The notes under the pieces: model-generated
Seen by the model: the letters and a program-made list of their open reading frames with translations, nothing else
Told to the model about the DNA's origin: nothing
Databases searched by the model: none
Assembly: GCA_002305545.1 (NCBI GenBank)
Contig: DBRG01000023.1
Span: 132,994 to 196,993, forward strand
Length of the DNA: 64,000 bases
Direction: 5' to 3'
Source of the DNA: Bacteroidales bacterium UBA1374
GTDB taxonomy: Bacteria > Bacteroidota > Bacteroidia > Bacteroidales > UBA932
Program-made: the position numbers and the translations under genes
In this document: positions 38,259 to 49,437 of the stretch, in pieces
Position numbering within the stretch: position 1 is the stretch's first letter
Layout: the number at the start of each line of letters is the position of its first letter

Positions 38259-38615
38259 ATGAAAGCACCAGCAGCAGATTTGAACACCAGACAATTAAAG
38301 GTGTCTCGACAGATACAGAAGGATCTTTCGGAAATCTTCCGGGCAAAGGGCCCCGTTGCTTACAACGGAACCATGATTTCTGTAGTGCACGTGCGGATCA
38401 GTCCCGACCTTTCTGTGGCACATGTCTGGATCAGTGTTTTTCCTTCTGAAAAAGCAAAAGATGTTTTAAAGCAGGTACAGGAGCAGAACCGGACCATTCG
38501 CGGAGAACTGGGGCGGCGTGTAGCCAGGCAACTGCGTATTGTTCCGGAACTGGTGTTTTTTCTGGACGATTCACTGGATTACGCCCAGCACATTGACGAA
38601 TTACTGAAAAAATAA
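38259..38615 (+). CDS. rbfA: Ribosome-binding factor A
   Basis: The pattern RQLKVSRQIQKDLSEIF...VRISPDLSVAHVW is typical of RbfA. ATG 38259 is preferred over TTG 38253. Confidence 0.88.
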   Translation: MKAPAADLNTRQLKVSRQIQKDLSEIFRAKGPVAYNGTMISVVHVRISPDLSVAHVWISVFPSEKAKDVLKQVQEQNRTIRGELGRRVARQLRIVPELVFFLDDSLDYAQHIDELLKK

Positions 38616-38628
38616 ACAAGCCGTCATT

Positions 38629-39873
38629 TTGAAACTTGCCTTTTTCATTGCATGGAGGTATTTGCTGGCTAAGAAATCCAGGCAGATCATCAATGTGATA
38701 TCGGCCATCAGTGCAACAGGGATCGCCCTGGGCACCATGGCGCTGGTTGTGGTCATGTCTGTATATAACGGTTTTGACAACCTGGTCAAGGGCATGTACA
38801 ATACGTTTGATCCCGACCTGGTGATAAAAAGTACGGAAGGAAAAACCATGGCGGGACTGCAGGAGCTTTCATACCTTAAGAACGACCGGCGGGTTGCCGC
38901 GTTTTGCCCTGTCATTGAAGAAACGGTGTTTTTACAATACCGGAACCAGCAGGCAGTGGCCACAATGAAAGGGGTGGACAGTGTTTTTATTGCCACCTCT
39001 CCCTTGCAGAAACACATTATAAGCGGCACATTCAACGTTTATTTCGGAGAGGTGGAAGAAGCCATTGTGGGGAGGGCCCTGGCCAACAACCTGGGTATGA
39101 ATGTCGCCTTTGTAGATCCCTTATGGATTTACTATCCAAAGAAAGATGCCGTTTTTTCTCCTCTCAATCCCATGGCCTCCCTGAAACGGGAAAAACTCTT
39201 TCCGGCAAGCATTTTTTCTGTGGAACAGCGTTACGATGCCGACCATATTCTGGTCCCGCTGGAAACAGCCAGAAGGCTTTTAAACTATCAGCAAAGGGTA
39301 TCCCATGTTGAGATCAGGGTACATGGCAAGAAGGACGCCAGATCACTTAAAAAGGACCTTGATACAAGGCTGGGACCGTCCTATACGGTGCTTACACGGT
39401 ACCAGCAGAACGAAACCCTGTACAGGATGATGACCACAGAGAAAGTGATTATATTTTTCCTGCTGGGTTTTATACTGGTGATCATTTCCAGCAATGTGCT
39501 CAGTTCACTGAGCATGCTCATCCTTGAAAAAAAGGAGGATATTGCGGTGCTTGCCAGCATGGGTGCACGACCCGGGCTCATAAGCAGGGTCTTCATCATG
39601 GAAGGATGGCTCATTTCTATTTTAGGCTGGGCATCAGGGATGATAGCAGGCCTGTTTCTGTGCTTCATCCAGGCCCGGTTCGGACTGATATCACTCCCCG
39701 GAAGTTTTATAGTGACAGATTACCCGGTAGATGTCCAGTGGATTGATATGCTCCTGGTTTCATTCACCGTGCTGGGAATCGGGTTCCTGGCCGCCTATGC
39801 CCCTGTTCGCTCTGTTTTTAACAAGGCGATTTCCCTGGCATACCCCGGAAGCTCATTGGGTGTTTCCAGGTAG
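38629..39873 (+). CDS. FtsX-like ABC transporter permease (LolC/E family)
   Basis: The N-terminus is [45 protein letters not shown] MacB-like periplasmic domain and a C-terminal FtsX 3-TM block follow. The candidate start is TTG. Confidence 0.8.
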   Translation: MKLAFFIAWRYLLAKKSRQIINVISAISATGIALGTMALVVVMSVYNGFDNLVKGMYNTFDPDLVIKSTEGKTMAGLQELSYLKNDRRVAAFCPVIEETVFLQYRNQQAVATMKGVDSVFIATSPLQKHIISGTFNVYFGEVEEAIVGRALANNLGMNVAFVDPLWIYYPKKDAVFSPLNPMASLKREKLFPASIFSVEQRYDADHILVPLETARRLLNYQQRVSHVEIRVHGKKDARSLKKDLDTRLGPSYTVLTRYQQNETLYRMMTTEKVIIFFLLGFILVIISSNVLSSLSMLILEKKEDIAVLASMGARPGLISRVFIMEGWLISILGWASGMIAGLFLCFIQARFGLISLPGSFIVTDYPVDVQWIDMLLVSFTVLGIGFLAAYAPVRSVFNKAISLAYPGSSLGVSR

Positions 39874-40655
39874 AAAGGCAGGTGCCTCAGCGCCGGATGG
39901 TTGATCACCTTGCGGAATGTTTCAATACCCAGGTACCCGTTGCCTATGGTTTCGTGCCGGTCCTTATGGCTCTGATAAGGATTTTTTGTGTCGTTGATAT
40001 GGATTGCCTTCAGCCGCTCCAGCCCTATCACTTTGTCAAATGTTTCCAGCACCTGGTCTGTATTGTCTTTAATGTCATAACCGGCATCAAAAATATGGCA
40101 TGTATCCAGGCAAACGCCCACGCGATCCCGGATCTGAATGCGGTCAATAATGGCCCTGAGCTCTTCAAAGGACCTGCCTATCTCGGTTCCTTTTCCGGCC
40201 ATTGTCTCGAGCAGGACCCAGGTGGTCTGTTCTTTTGTTATCGCCGAGTTCAGAGCCCCGGCTATCAGGGCTATGCCTTTTTCAACACCCTGTTGTACAT
40301 GGCTTCCCGGGTGCAGGTTATACAGGTTGCCGGGAGTGAATTCCATCCGGTACAGATCGTCAATGAGCGTATTGAGGGCAAATTCCCGGATACGTTCTTC
40401 GGCTGCGCACAGGTTCATGGTATAGGAGGCATGTGCCAGGATGGGACCTATGTCGTTTTGTTTTGAATATTCAAGGAAGGAAGACACATCTTCCGGATCT
40501 ATTTGTTTTGCCGCCCCGCCCCGGGGATTGCGCGTGAAGAATTGAAAGGTGTTGGCACCTGTCTGAACGGCAGTTTTGGCCATGGACAGGTAGCCCTCCG
40601 ATGCGGAAAGGTGGCATCCGATGCGGAAATCGCTTGTCTTTCTGATAGTGGTCAT
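39795..40655 (-). CDS. nfo: Endonuclease IV (AP endonuclease family 2)
   Basis: The TIM-barrel pattern includes [36 protein letters not shown] and YLETPN. Confidence 0.9.
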   Translation of the reverse strand: MTTIRKTSDFRIGCHLSASEGYLSMAKTAVQTGANTFQFFTRNPRGGAAKQIDPEDVSSFLEYSKQNDIGPILAHASYTMNLCAAEERIREFALNTLIDDLYRMEFTPGNLYNLHPGSHVQQGVEKGIALIAGALNSAITKEQTTWVLLETMAGKGTEIGRSFEELRAIIDRIQIRDRVGVCLDTCHIFDAGYDIKDNTDQVLETFDKVIGLERLKAIHINDTKNPYQSHKDRHETIGNGYLGIETFRKVINHPALRHLPFYLETPNELPGYAREIALLKTERTGA

Positions 40656-40669
40656 GGATTAGATTAGAT

Positions 40670-43081
40670 TTAAATTTTACTCCGTGAATGTAAAGTTATT
40701 TGTTCTCCCTTATTCAGAGAAATAGAGATATATTTCTTTTTTATTCGGTGGAAATTTTCCGGGACTTTAAGCAGGAAAGTGTTGGCGGCCGTAGCGCAGA
40801 GTATGATTTCACGTACCTGGCCGTCTTTCCAGGTACACGTCACGGTGGCGCCCCCCCGTGCACAAAGTCCTGAAAAAGAACCACCCGGTTCCCATTCCGG
40901 AGGTATGGCCGGCAGCACCTCGATAAATCCCTGGTGACTTTGAAGCAGCATTTCTGCAATGCCGGCACAGGCCCCGAGGTTGCCGTCAATCTGGAACGGA
41001 GGATTGGATGAAAAGCCGTTGGGATAGATTCCAGGGCCCAGCATTGTGACCGTTCCCATGCCACGGTTAAGGTATGGGGAAGGGCTTTCTTTCAGTGCCG
41101 GAGACATCATATCTCTCAGGATTCCTGCAGCCCCGGCACCATCTCCAAGCCTGGCCAGCAGGTTTATATTCCATGCCATTTGCCAGCCCGACCCGCCGCT
41201 GCCCATTCTCTCGAGTGAGGTACGGCATGCCTCCAGCAGGTGGGTGTCTTTTACAGTCATTTCACTCCCGGGATACAATGCATAAAGATGCGGGATATTG
41301 CGCAGGCGGACGTCTTCTTCGGGATAATCGTATAACCACCGCTGCAGGGCCCCGGTTGGACCGGCCTTATCCCGAGGCAGCCGGTCCAAGGCTTCTTCCA
41401 GCTTGTATACCAGGGGAAAATCATCTGTGTTCATCAGGATTTTGTTCGCAGAGATTACATTTGAAAACAATTCCCGTATAGTCTGAACGTCTGCTGCAGA
41501 GCCCATACACAGGAATAGTGGTACAGACAATTTATCGGGAGAGCTTTCATCCAACACGTAATACAGGTTGCCGTAAGACATGGATGGTGCGGGAACCCAC
41601 CACCCCTGACGGGGTTCTTCCATCAGGGTGGAAAGATAGAAAAGGGCAGCTTCCTTCATAACAGGGTACTGTTGCCGCAGCAGGCCGGCATTCATGGTAT
41701 AGCGGTAATGCTCCCACAAATGTGAACAAAGCCACGCTCCGCCCACATTATATGCCTCCCATGCGGTGACGTGGCCGGGGGCGGTAAATCCCCAGAGATT
41801 GGTTCTGGAATGCACCACCCACCCCGGAGCATTGTAGTATTCCCCGGCTGTTGCCCTGCCCTTTTCCGCCAACCGGGCAGTAAAGTCAAGCAGGGGAAGG
41901 TGCAACTCGGCAAGGTTTGTTTTCAAGGCAGGCCATAAGTTCATCTGCAGGTGCAGGTTCATGTCATATGCCCCGTTCCACGGGGTTTGCACATACGGGG
42001 TCCACAGGCCCTGCAGGTTGGGAGGTAGCAATCCCTCACGGGTGGAAGAGATGAGCAGGTAGCGCCCGTACTGAAAAAAGAACGCCGCGGAATCGGGAAG
42101 CTGTAAATGAACCCGGTGAAAAAGCGACTGGTACCTGTCCACATGGTTCTTCTTCAAATCAGGGTAAGATTCCCCGCGGGCACGTAAGGCCAGCGAATCG
42201 GCATGTCTCATAAAAGAGGAGTCCCTGCTCAGGCTCATGGTCTGAACCTGGTAATCTGTTGTTGCAGATATGATCACAGTGGCCGTCGTGGCGCCCGTCA
42301 GAAGGATGGAATCCTGAACAAAAGACAGCCTGCCGCCTCCGGAAGGAATTACATCCATGCGTGAATAAAAACGCATGCCCTGAACATCTGCCGCTCCCGA
42401 ACTTAATGTGCCTTCCATGATCAGGGAATTGCCACTCGTAAAAACACGGGCCCGTTCCGGGCGGGTGAATGTGGAACGGAAAGTCAACGCATGCGGCACC
42501 GACGCAGAAAGGTGCATGACCAGTACGTCGTTTTCCATAGAGGTAAAACATTCCCTGGTATAGGTTATCCCGTCAATTTCAAAGGACGTGAATGCCGTGG
42601 CCGTGGAAACATCCAGAATCCTGTTATAGCCTCTAGCTCCTGAGGGAGAAGAGTCATAAAAAAAATCGAGTACCGCCGAGCCAAGAACCTGGTAGCTTCC
42701 AAAAGTGCTTTCTGCCCCCGCGCTTTCGTCCGATCCGGCTGTTTGAGCCTTGAAAAAACGGAACATCAGCTCCTGGGCCTGCGCGATGCGGCCTTTATAA
42801 AGCAGTTCCCGGATTAATGGAAGGACCCGGTGCGTTCCCTCCCGCAGATCCTTTGCGGGGGATCCCGACCAGAGTGAACTTTCGTTCAGGATGATGTTTT
42901 CAGTGGCAATGCCTCCGTCGGGCATGGCACCCAGTCTGCCGTTGCCCAGCGGGAATCTTTCTTCCCAGGTGTCTGCACTCTGGTCAGAATCCAGGAACAA
43001 ACCCTGGATACCGGACGGAGAATCTGCCTGGCATCCTGTCAGCAAAAGAGCGAGCCAGGGCAGCAGGCGCATTGTCTTCAT
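40670..43081 (-). CDS. GH95-family glycoside hydrolase (alpha-L-fucosidase-like) lipoprotein
   Basis: The lipobox is LLLTGC. The GH95 N-terminal signature is WEERFPLGNGRLGAM...LNESSLWSG. Size is ~800 aa. ATG 43081 is preferred because the longer ORF runs through the groEL terminator. Confidence 0.8.
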   Translation of the reverse strand: MKTMRLLPWLALLLTGCQADSPSGIQGLFLDSDQSADTWEERFPLGNGRLGAMPDGGIATENIILNESSLWSGSPAKDLREGTHRVLPLIRELLYKGRIAQAQELMFRFFKAQTAGSDESAGAESTFGSYQVLGSAVLDFFYDSSPSGARGYNRILDVSTATAFTSFEIDGITYTRECFTSMENDVLVMHLSASVPHALTFRSTFTRPERARVFTSGNSLIMEGTLSSGAADVQGMRFYSRMDVIPSGGGRLSFVQDSILLTGATTATVIISATTDYQVQTMSLSRDSSFMRHADSLALRARGESYPDLKKNHVDRYQSLFHRVHLQLPDSAAFFFQYGRYLLISSTREGLLPPNLQGLWTPYVQTPWNGAYDMNLHLQMNLWPALKTNLAELHLPLLDFTARLAEKGRATAGEYYNAPGWVVHSRTNLWGFTAPGHVTAWEAYNVGGAWLCSHLWEHYRYTMNAGLLRQQYPVMKEAALFYLSTLMEEPRQGWWVPAPSMSYGNLYYVLDESSPDKLSVPLFLCMGSAADVQTIRELFSNVISANKILMNTDDFPLVYKLEEALDRLPRDKAGPTGALQRWLYDYPEEDVRLRNIPHLYALYPGSEMTVKDTHLLEACRTSLERMGSGGSGWQMAWNINLLARLGDGAGAAGILRDMMSPALKESPSPYLNRGMGTVTMLGPGIYPNGFSSNPPFQIDGNLGACAGIAEMLLQSHQGFIEVLPAIPPEWEPGGSFSGLCARGGATVTCTWKDGQVREIILCATAANTFLLKVPENFHRIKKKYISISLNKGEQITLHSRSKI

Positions 43082-43097
43082 AAAAACGAAGATACAT

Positions 43098-43137
43098 AAA
43101 AAAAAGAACACGGCAGTCAAAAGCCAGCCGTGTTCTT
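43098..43137 (-). terminator. Intrinsic terminator after groEL
   Basis: An 11-bp stem pairs aagaacacggc with gccgtgttctt, with a 12-nt loop. A T-run follows on the minus strand. Confidence 0.7.
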
Positions 43138-43159
43138 AAGTGCTATAAAACGCTGATTA

Positions 43160-44809
<1,650 letters not shown>

Positions 44810-44814
44810 TTAAT

Positions 44815-45084
44815 TTAAATAATGGCTAATACATCTGATTGACGCATAATAAGATACTCTTCTCCGTCAATGTTGATTTCTGTTCCGGCATATTTGCCGT
44901 AAAGCACCATGTCACCTTCTTTCAATTCCATAGGCTCATCTTTTTTTCCGCTTCCGGCTGCCACGATTTTTCCTTTTTGTGGTTTTTCTTTTGCTGTGTC
45001 GGGAATGTAAAGTCCCGAGGCTGTCTTGGTCTCAGCTTCCTGCGGCTGAACAACTACGCGATCTGCTAAAGGTTTGATTTTCAT
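44815..45084 (-). CDS. groS: Co-chaperonin GroES
   Basis: The sequence begins [14 protein letters not shown] and includes [13 protein letters not shown]. Length is 89 aa, directly upstream of groEL. Confidence 0.97.
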   Translation of the reverse strand: MKIKPLADRVVVQPQEAETKTASGLYIPDTAKEKPQKGKIVAAGSGKKDEPMELKEGDMVLYGKYAGTEINIDGEEYLIMRQSDVLAII

Positions 45085-45106
45085 CTTTGATAAATTTAAA
45101 AAGTTA

Positions 45107-45134
45107 ATTATAGAATTTGTGATTTTTCAGTCAA
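45107..45134 (-). promoter_or_regulatory. Sigma-70-like -35/-10 pair (TTGACT-16 nt-TATAAT) upstream of groES
   Basis: The minus strand reads ttgact gaaaaatcacaaattc tataat. The -10 element ends 22 nt upstream of ATG 45084. Confidence 0.3.
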
Positions 45135-45178
45135 CGAATGGTTCTAAGGCAAAATCAATGCCAGAGCAATGATGGCTG

Positions 45179-45874
45179 TCAATTTGTCAGCGTTGCAGAT
45201 TTGGCAGCCCTCTTCCAAACCACCAGCCCGTGAATGGAGTTAAGCAGGTATACGCACCACATAGAGGCAATGACAAGATGTCCCGCCTGATTCTCCCGGA
45301 AAAAGGCCATTCCCCACATGGTTATTGTTGCCAGGTTTACCACGATCCATAAATACCACTGCTCGGAATATGTTTTCACCATAAGAAACATGGCCACTAT
45401 GGAGAGGAATGTCGTGGCGGAATCAAGAAGCGGTGCAGGGTCATCAAAGTGGTCAAGCACCAGGGCGCCGGCCACCGTAAGAACCAGGCAGACCACGGCC
45501 AGTACCAGGCGTTGTTTTGTGGTGAGGTTTTTTGCCTTGACACGGGTGCGGCTGCCTTCCCGGGTGCGTTTGCTCCACATGAAGAAACCGATAAACTGCA
45601 TGGGAACATAATACAATCCGTTGAGGGCCACCTCGCCCCAGTAACCCACGCCCCAGGAGAGGTAAGTATACAGGCTTACCTGTATCAAGCCAAAGAGGTA
45701 ATTGGAAATATGACCCTTGGCCACCAGGACCACACACAGAACACCTGAAACGGTAGCGATGGCTGAAAGGGCATCCCATTCTCCCGTTATGAAAAACACT
45801 ACAAAGTTGAGTGCTATGATGGTAATCAGAAGAAACCATTCATATGGAGAGAAAAAACGGAGAAATTTCATCAT
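45179..45874 (-). CDS. pnuC: PnuC-family transporter (second copy in the window)
   Basis: The 231-aa polytopic protein has the PnuC-like pattern YEWFLL...ATVSGVLCVVLVAKGHISNYLFGLIQVSLYTYLSW...GLYYVPMQFIGFFMW. Confidence 0.8.
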   Translation of the reverse strand: MMKFLRFFSPYEWFLLITIIALNFVVFFITGEWDALSAIATVSGVLCVVLVAKGHISNYLFGLIQVSLYTYLSWGVGYWGEVALNGLYYVPMQFIGFFMWSKRTREGSRTRVKAKNLTTKQRLVLAVVCLVLTVAGALVLDHFDDPAPLLDSATTFLSIVAMFLMVKTYSEQWYLWIVVNLATITMWGMAFFRENQAGHLVIASMWCVYLLNSIHGLVVWKRAAKSATLTN

Positions 45875-45876
45875 GA

Positions 45877-48780
45877 CTAGTAAAAAGCGGGTATGGAAAA
45901 CAGGAATTCAAAATGATGCTTGTCTTCACAGGTGTAAGCATAACGCACTCCCGCCGAGAGTTGAGGCCCTATGCGGAAAATATGAAAATCCATAAGCAGG
46001 TCGGCCCCGACGGACCAATAATGGTCTTTGGTTTTGTCTTGTTGCCGGGTCTGCATGTAATCGGCAAACGGGATAACCTGGAAACGCTTGATGTAGATGA
46101 TCTCCGGAATGGACGGATCACCGGCCCAGATTGGAATGGCATAATCGGCCGAAGCCCTGAAACTCACGGGAGCCATGATCCTGTCTTGTATTCCCCTGGG
46201 GGGAGAAACGAAGGTGGCCAGGTATAAGTAACGGTCTTTTACCTGTTGCTGCTGCCAGGATGCACTCCACTTAAGAGCCTGGTTTCTCAGGATACCGGGA
46301 AGATATCCGTAAGCCTGCAGGTACAGGATGCTGCTGAATAGATTCCGGGTGCCGTGCGATATAGCAGTCTGGACATTTACACCAAAGCCCAGCCGGGGAA
46401 AGATATCCCTTGGGGCCATGTTGGCCACCTGGTAATACTGCAGGCCGGCCTGGAACATGTGGCTGAAAACATCGCTATCGGATAAAGGTTCCCGGTACGT
46501 GTCATTGGAAAAGACATACCTCAGGGCGGGAACCAGTCCGCGTTTCCATCCATGGCTGTTGAACGAGAAAGGAATGTAAGTCTGCAGGGAGGCTTCTATG
46601 AGCGGTGTCTCCAGGGTGTCTCTCAACCACGTCCATCCGTTTTGGTCTTGCCGGGCAAATGTACGTACATGTGAGCGGTCGTTTATATCCAGTTTCAGGG
46701 AAAAAACCGGGAGTATCCCCGAATAATCCAGTCTCAGGTGACCGGCGTGAAATCCTTTATGGTAGGAATACCCCAGCAAAGAGGTGAGTGTCCCCAGGGT
46801 GTTCTGTGACATTATGGTGGCACCGGGAGCTATGGTCTGGTAATAGGTCTGGAAGGTGAATTGTTCTATTTCGTTGTAATTGAAATAAAACGGCATCCAT
46901 GAATGGATCCTGAAGGCATGCAGGACTTTGCTGTATTTTCGTACAGGATAGGAGAGATTTTCCGGAACACGCAGGGTGTCTATGTTGAAATCCGGGGAAG
47001 ACGCCATGATAAAGGGATCTGCAGTCTGTTCCTGCCAAACCACTGGTTTATTGAAAAGGCTGTCGGTATGCAGCCGGGTCAGCTGATATCCAAGGACGGA
47101 ATAATTGGAATAATACAGATGGTTGTCCACGTCAGGGACAGGCGGCAGGGGGTCAAAAGCCCCGAACCTGGCGTTTGTATATTGCCGGACATTCCCGCTT
47201 TCCGGGTCCAGGCAGAAAACATTATCGGTATTGTCAACCCGGTCGCTGGAGAAATACAAAAGACCTGCAGATATCTGCAATCCTGTCATGGACTGGAAGC
47301 CGGGGTGTAAAATCGGTGTCCATGTTTTTTTCTCCCTGTTCAGGGAGTATATGCCGGTCCCTTCTTCCCCGACCATCAGGAGATAAAGAATGTTGTCATC
47401 CAGCCAGGCTGCTTCTGTGAGCTGTTCCCCGCGGGGAGCGGAGTGTCTATCCAGGAGTTCTCCGGTCCAGGGATTCAACAGGTGCAACTCGGAACCGCCC
47501 CCGGGAGGGTAATGGATCACGGCCAGCATGCTCCCGTCCTGGCTGGTACACGGATTGAAATACCGGGTCCGGGGCAGGAGGGTCTTTTTTTCTCCTGTTA
47601 CTGTGTTATAGCGGACAACGACAGAAAAATTCTCATGAGACCAACGGGGACCGCTCACTGTTTCACTCCAGAATAAATACGGGCCCGAAGCACAAAGGGA
47701 CGAATTGATCTGGCCCAGCAAACATACAGTTTCCTCCCGGGTCTTTTCCGGAAAGGTGAAACGCACCAGGCGGGCAGTCTGTGCCAGGGATGATTTGATG
47801 GAGAACAAAACACGTGTCCCATCCGGGTTAGTTGTCACTGCTGCAGAGCGGTAACTGACATAATCCTTTACGGGATGGTTGATCTGTTCTCCGGGGTGTA
47901 TGTCTGTTTTCCGTGCATCCTGGTCCTTCCAGATGTTTTTATAGTATTCAACCGCGGGTTCCCATAATTTTACAGCAGCATATCCGTAGTTTCTGCGGTA
48001 TGTTCTCCCATAGATAAAGGGCCAGTAAGGGTATTTTGTAATATCCGCATATATGCGCCCCAGGGCGTCTTCGCCTGAAAATAACCTGGCGACCGAAAGT
48101 TTCATATAACCCAGCGCGTAATGGTCCGGTACGGCATGCCGGTAGGAGCCAAACCGCCATTTATCGTAAGAAAAATTTTTTCCCTCCAGAAAATTGGCTT
48201 TGTAGGGCATGAGGAATGAGGCTTCCCTGCCACGCCCCGCATCAGAATAGAATGTTTCAGTAATAGTGGCGTCCCCTTCCAGCATCCACTTTGGAAAATA
48301 AAGCCCAACAGCAACACCTTCCGATTGTTGCCCGATGAACCATCTGAAAACACGGAAAAAATTTTCCCCGGCCCGTTGCATTTGCGCCAAATGCCTTGCT
48401 TCGTGCAGTACGAGTTGTTTTTCCCAGTTATGCCTTGTTCCGGAGGAAGGGGGTGTGGTGTACAGTTCCATCCTGCTGGGGGCCCAGACAACCATGCCAT
48501 TGCTGTTTATATTATAGGGGTGGATAACTATGGGAACGGGACGAAATTCGGTTCCCAGGGAAGACATGACATGGGGTGAGGCCTGCTCCAGCAGCCAGGC
48601 ATAACGGAAAGCCAGTGAATCAGTTCCGCGGGGATATATGATTTGGATAGAACCGGTCCTGAGCTGATTCCATTTAAGGCGTGCAGGATCTTCGCCTGTC
48701 CTGTAATATTGACTGTGCGCAGTGACCGAGGGTGCCGTAAGGAACCAGAGAAGGAAAATAAATGCAATCAGTCTGTTCAT
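45877..48780 (-). CDS. Large exported hypothetical protein: HExxH-containing N-terminal domain, PD40-like beta-propeller region, beta-rich C-terminal domain
   Basis: The signal peptide is MNRLIAFIFLLWFLTAPSVTAHS. The motif LVLHEARHLAQ is followed by MLEGDA. TolB-like strand patterns are present (DGSMLAVIHYPPGGGSELHLLNPWTGE). The C-terminus ends in ...FSIPAFY. No confident family name can be given. Confidence 0.55.
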   Translation of the reverse strand: MNRLIAFIFLLWFLTAPSVTAHSQYYRTGEDPARLKWNQLRTGSIQIIYPRGTDSLAFRYAWLLEQASPHVMSSLGTEFRPVPIVIHPYNINSNGMVVWAPSRMELYTTPPSSGTRHNWEKQLVLHEARHLAQMQRAGENFFRVFRWFIGQQSEGVAVGLYFPKWMLEGDATITETFYSDAGRGREASFLMPYKANFLEGKNFSYDKWRFGSYRHAVPDHYALGYMKLSVARLFSGEDALGRIYADITKYPYWPFIYGRTYRRNYGYAAVKLWEPAVEYYKNIWKDQDARKTDIHPGEQINHPVKDYVSYRSAAVTTNPDGTRVLFSIKSSLAQTARLVRFTFPEKTREETVCLLGQINSSLCASGPYLFWSETVSGPRWSHENFSVVVRYNTVTGEKKTLLPRTRYFNPCTSQDGSMLAVIHYPPGGGSELHLLNPWTGELLDRHSAPRGEQLTEAAWLDDNILYLLMVGEEGTGIYSLNREKKTWTPILHPGFQSMTGLQISAGLLYFSSDRVDNTDNVFCLDPESGNVRQYTNARFGAFDPLPPVPDVDNHLYYSNYSVLGYQLTRLHTDSLFNKPVVWQEQTADPFIMASSPDFNIDTLRVPENLSYPVRKYSKVLHAFRIHSWMPFYFNYNEIEQFTFQTYYQTIAPGATIMSQNTLGTLTSLLGYSYHKGFHAGHLRLDYSGILPVFSLKLDINDRSHVRTFARQDQNGWTWLRDTLETPLIEASLQTYIPFSFNSHGWKRGLVPALRYVFSNDTYREPLSDSDVFSHMFQAGLQYYQVANMAPRDIFPRLGFGVNVQTAISHGTRNLFSSILYLQAYGYLPGILRNQALKWSASWQQQQVKDRYLYLATFVSPPRGIQDRIMAPVSFRASADYAIPIWAGDPSIPEIIYIKRFQVIPFADYMQTRQQDKTKDHYWSVGADLLMDFHIFRIGPQLSAGVRYAYTCEDKHHFEFLFSIPAFY

Positions 48781-48784
48781 CACA

Positions 48785-48792
48785 CAAAGGTA
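48785..48792 (-). promoter_or_regulatory. -7 promoter element TACCTTTG for the 968-aa gene
   Basis: Exact TAnnTTTG on the minus strand, 4 nt from ATG 48780. It lies between that gene and the tRNA-Gln pair. Confidence 0.4.
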
Positions 48793-48808
48793 ACTGATTG
48801 TTTTAAAG

Positions 48809-48879
48809 TTGAGCTACCAGGACTCGAACCCGGACCGACAGAGCCAGAATCTGTAGTGCTACCATTACACCATAGCTCA
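48809..48879 (-). tRNA. tRNA-Gln (anticodon CTG)
   Basis: Reverse complement: TGAGCTATGGTGTAATGGTAGCACTACAGATTCTGGCTCTGTCGGTCCGGGTTCGAGTCCTGGTAGCTCAA. The anticodon loop is TTCTGGC. Confidence 0.9.
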
Positions 48880-48886
48880 TTGTTTG

Positions 48887-48957
48887 TTGAGCTACCAGGA
48901 TTCGAACCTAGACAGACAGAACCAAAATCTGTAGTGCTACCATTACACCATAGCTCA
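48887..48957 (-). tRNA. tRNA-Gln (anticodon TTG)
   Basis: Reverse complement: TGAGCTATGGTGTAATGGTAGCACTACAGATTTTGGTTCTGTCTGTCTAGGTTCGAATCCTGGTAGCTCAA. The anticodon loop is TTTTGGT. It lies 7 nt from the other tRNA-Gln. Confidence 0.9.
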
Positions 48958-48981
48958 ATCGGAACGTGCAAAGATATAACA

Positions 48982-49437
48982 TTAGCGTTTTCCGGCAAAA
49001 AAATCTTTTAACAATTTCCCAGCCTCTGTGGCCAGAACGCCGGCCGACACTTCTGTTTTCGGATGGAGTATCCGGTCTTTGACAAGGGAGTATCCCCTTT
49101 TGGGATCTGAAGCCGCGTAGACCAGGCGGCCCAATTGAGCCCAGGCAAGGGCACCGGCACACATGGGGCAGGGTTCCAGGGTCACGTAAAGGGTACACTG
49201 GTCCAGGTATTTTCCGCCCAATGTATTGCAGGCAGAGGTGATGGCCTGCATTTCTGCATGTGCGGTAGGATCGTTCAGGGTTTCTGTCAGGTTGTGTGCA
49301 CGGGCAATCACCTTTCCGCGGCAAACAACAACGGCACCTACGGGAATCTCATCCTTCCCGCGGGCGGTTTGCGCCTCTTCAAGGGCTTTCCGCATAAACA
49401 AACTATCTTGTGCCGGGGTTTCCAAAACGCTTTTCAA
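48982..49437 (-). CDS. tadA: tRNA-specific adenosine deaminase
   Basis: The CDA zinc motifs HAEMQAI and PCPMCAGA are present. Length is 151 aa. Confidence 0.92.
   Translation of the reverse strand: MKSVLETPAQDSLFMRKALEEAQTARGKDEIPVGAVVVCRGKVIARAHNLTETLNDPTAHAEMQAITSACNTLGGKYLDQCTLYVTLEPCPMCAGALAWAQLGRLVYAASDPKRGYSLVKDRILHPKTEVSAGVLATEAGKLLKDFFAGKR

Noticed and set aside
39882-40466. 194-aa ORF on the plus strand; similar antisense ORFs occur at 724-1341, 20320-20904, 45913-46227 and 61390-61968
   Set aside because: All lie wholly inside, and antisense to, strongly supported genes (nfo, the ABC permease, gpmI, the 968-aa gene and recO). They show the amino-acid bias typical of reverse-frame translation.
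43082-43120. Longer N-terminus for the GH95 gene (ORF-track start at 43120); likewise the alternative TTG/GTG starts at 4234, 14004, 36907, 48783, 55584 and 62453
   Set aside because: The GH95 extension would be translated through the groEL terminator hairpin. The other alternative starts fall inside TAnnTTTG promoter boxes or abut divergent genes. In each case a downstream ATG gives a canonical signal peptide or family N-terminus.
45085-45178. CIRCE (HrcA) operator upstream of groES
   Set aside because: No TTAGCACTC-N9-GAGTGCTAA-like inverted repeat is present on either strand.
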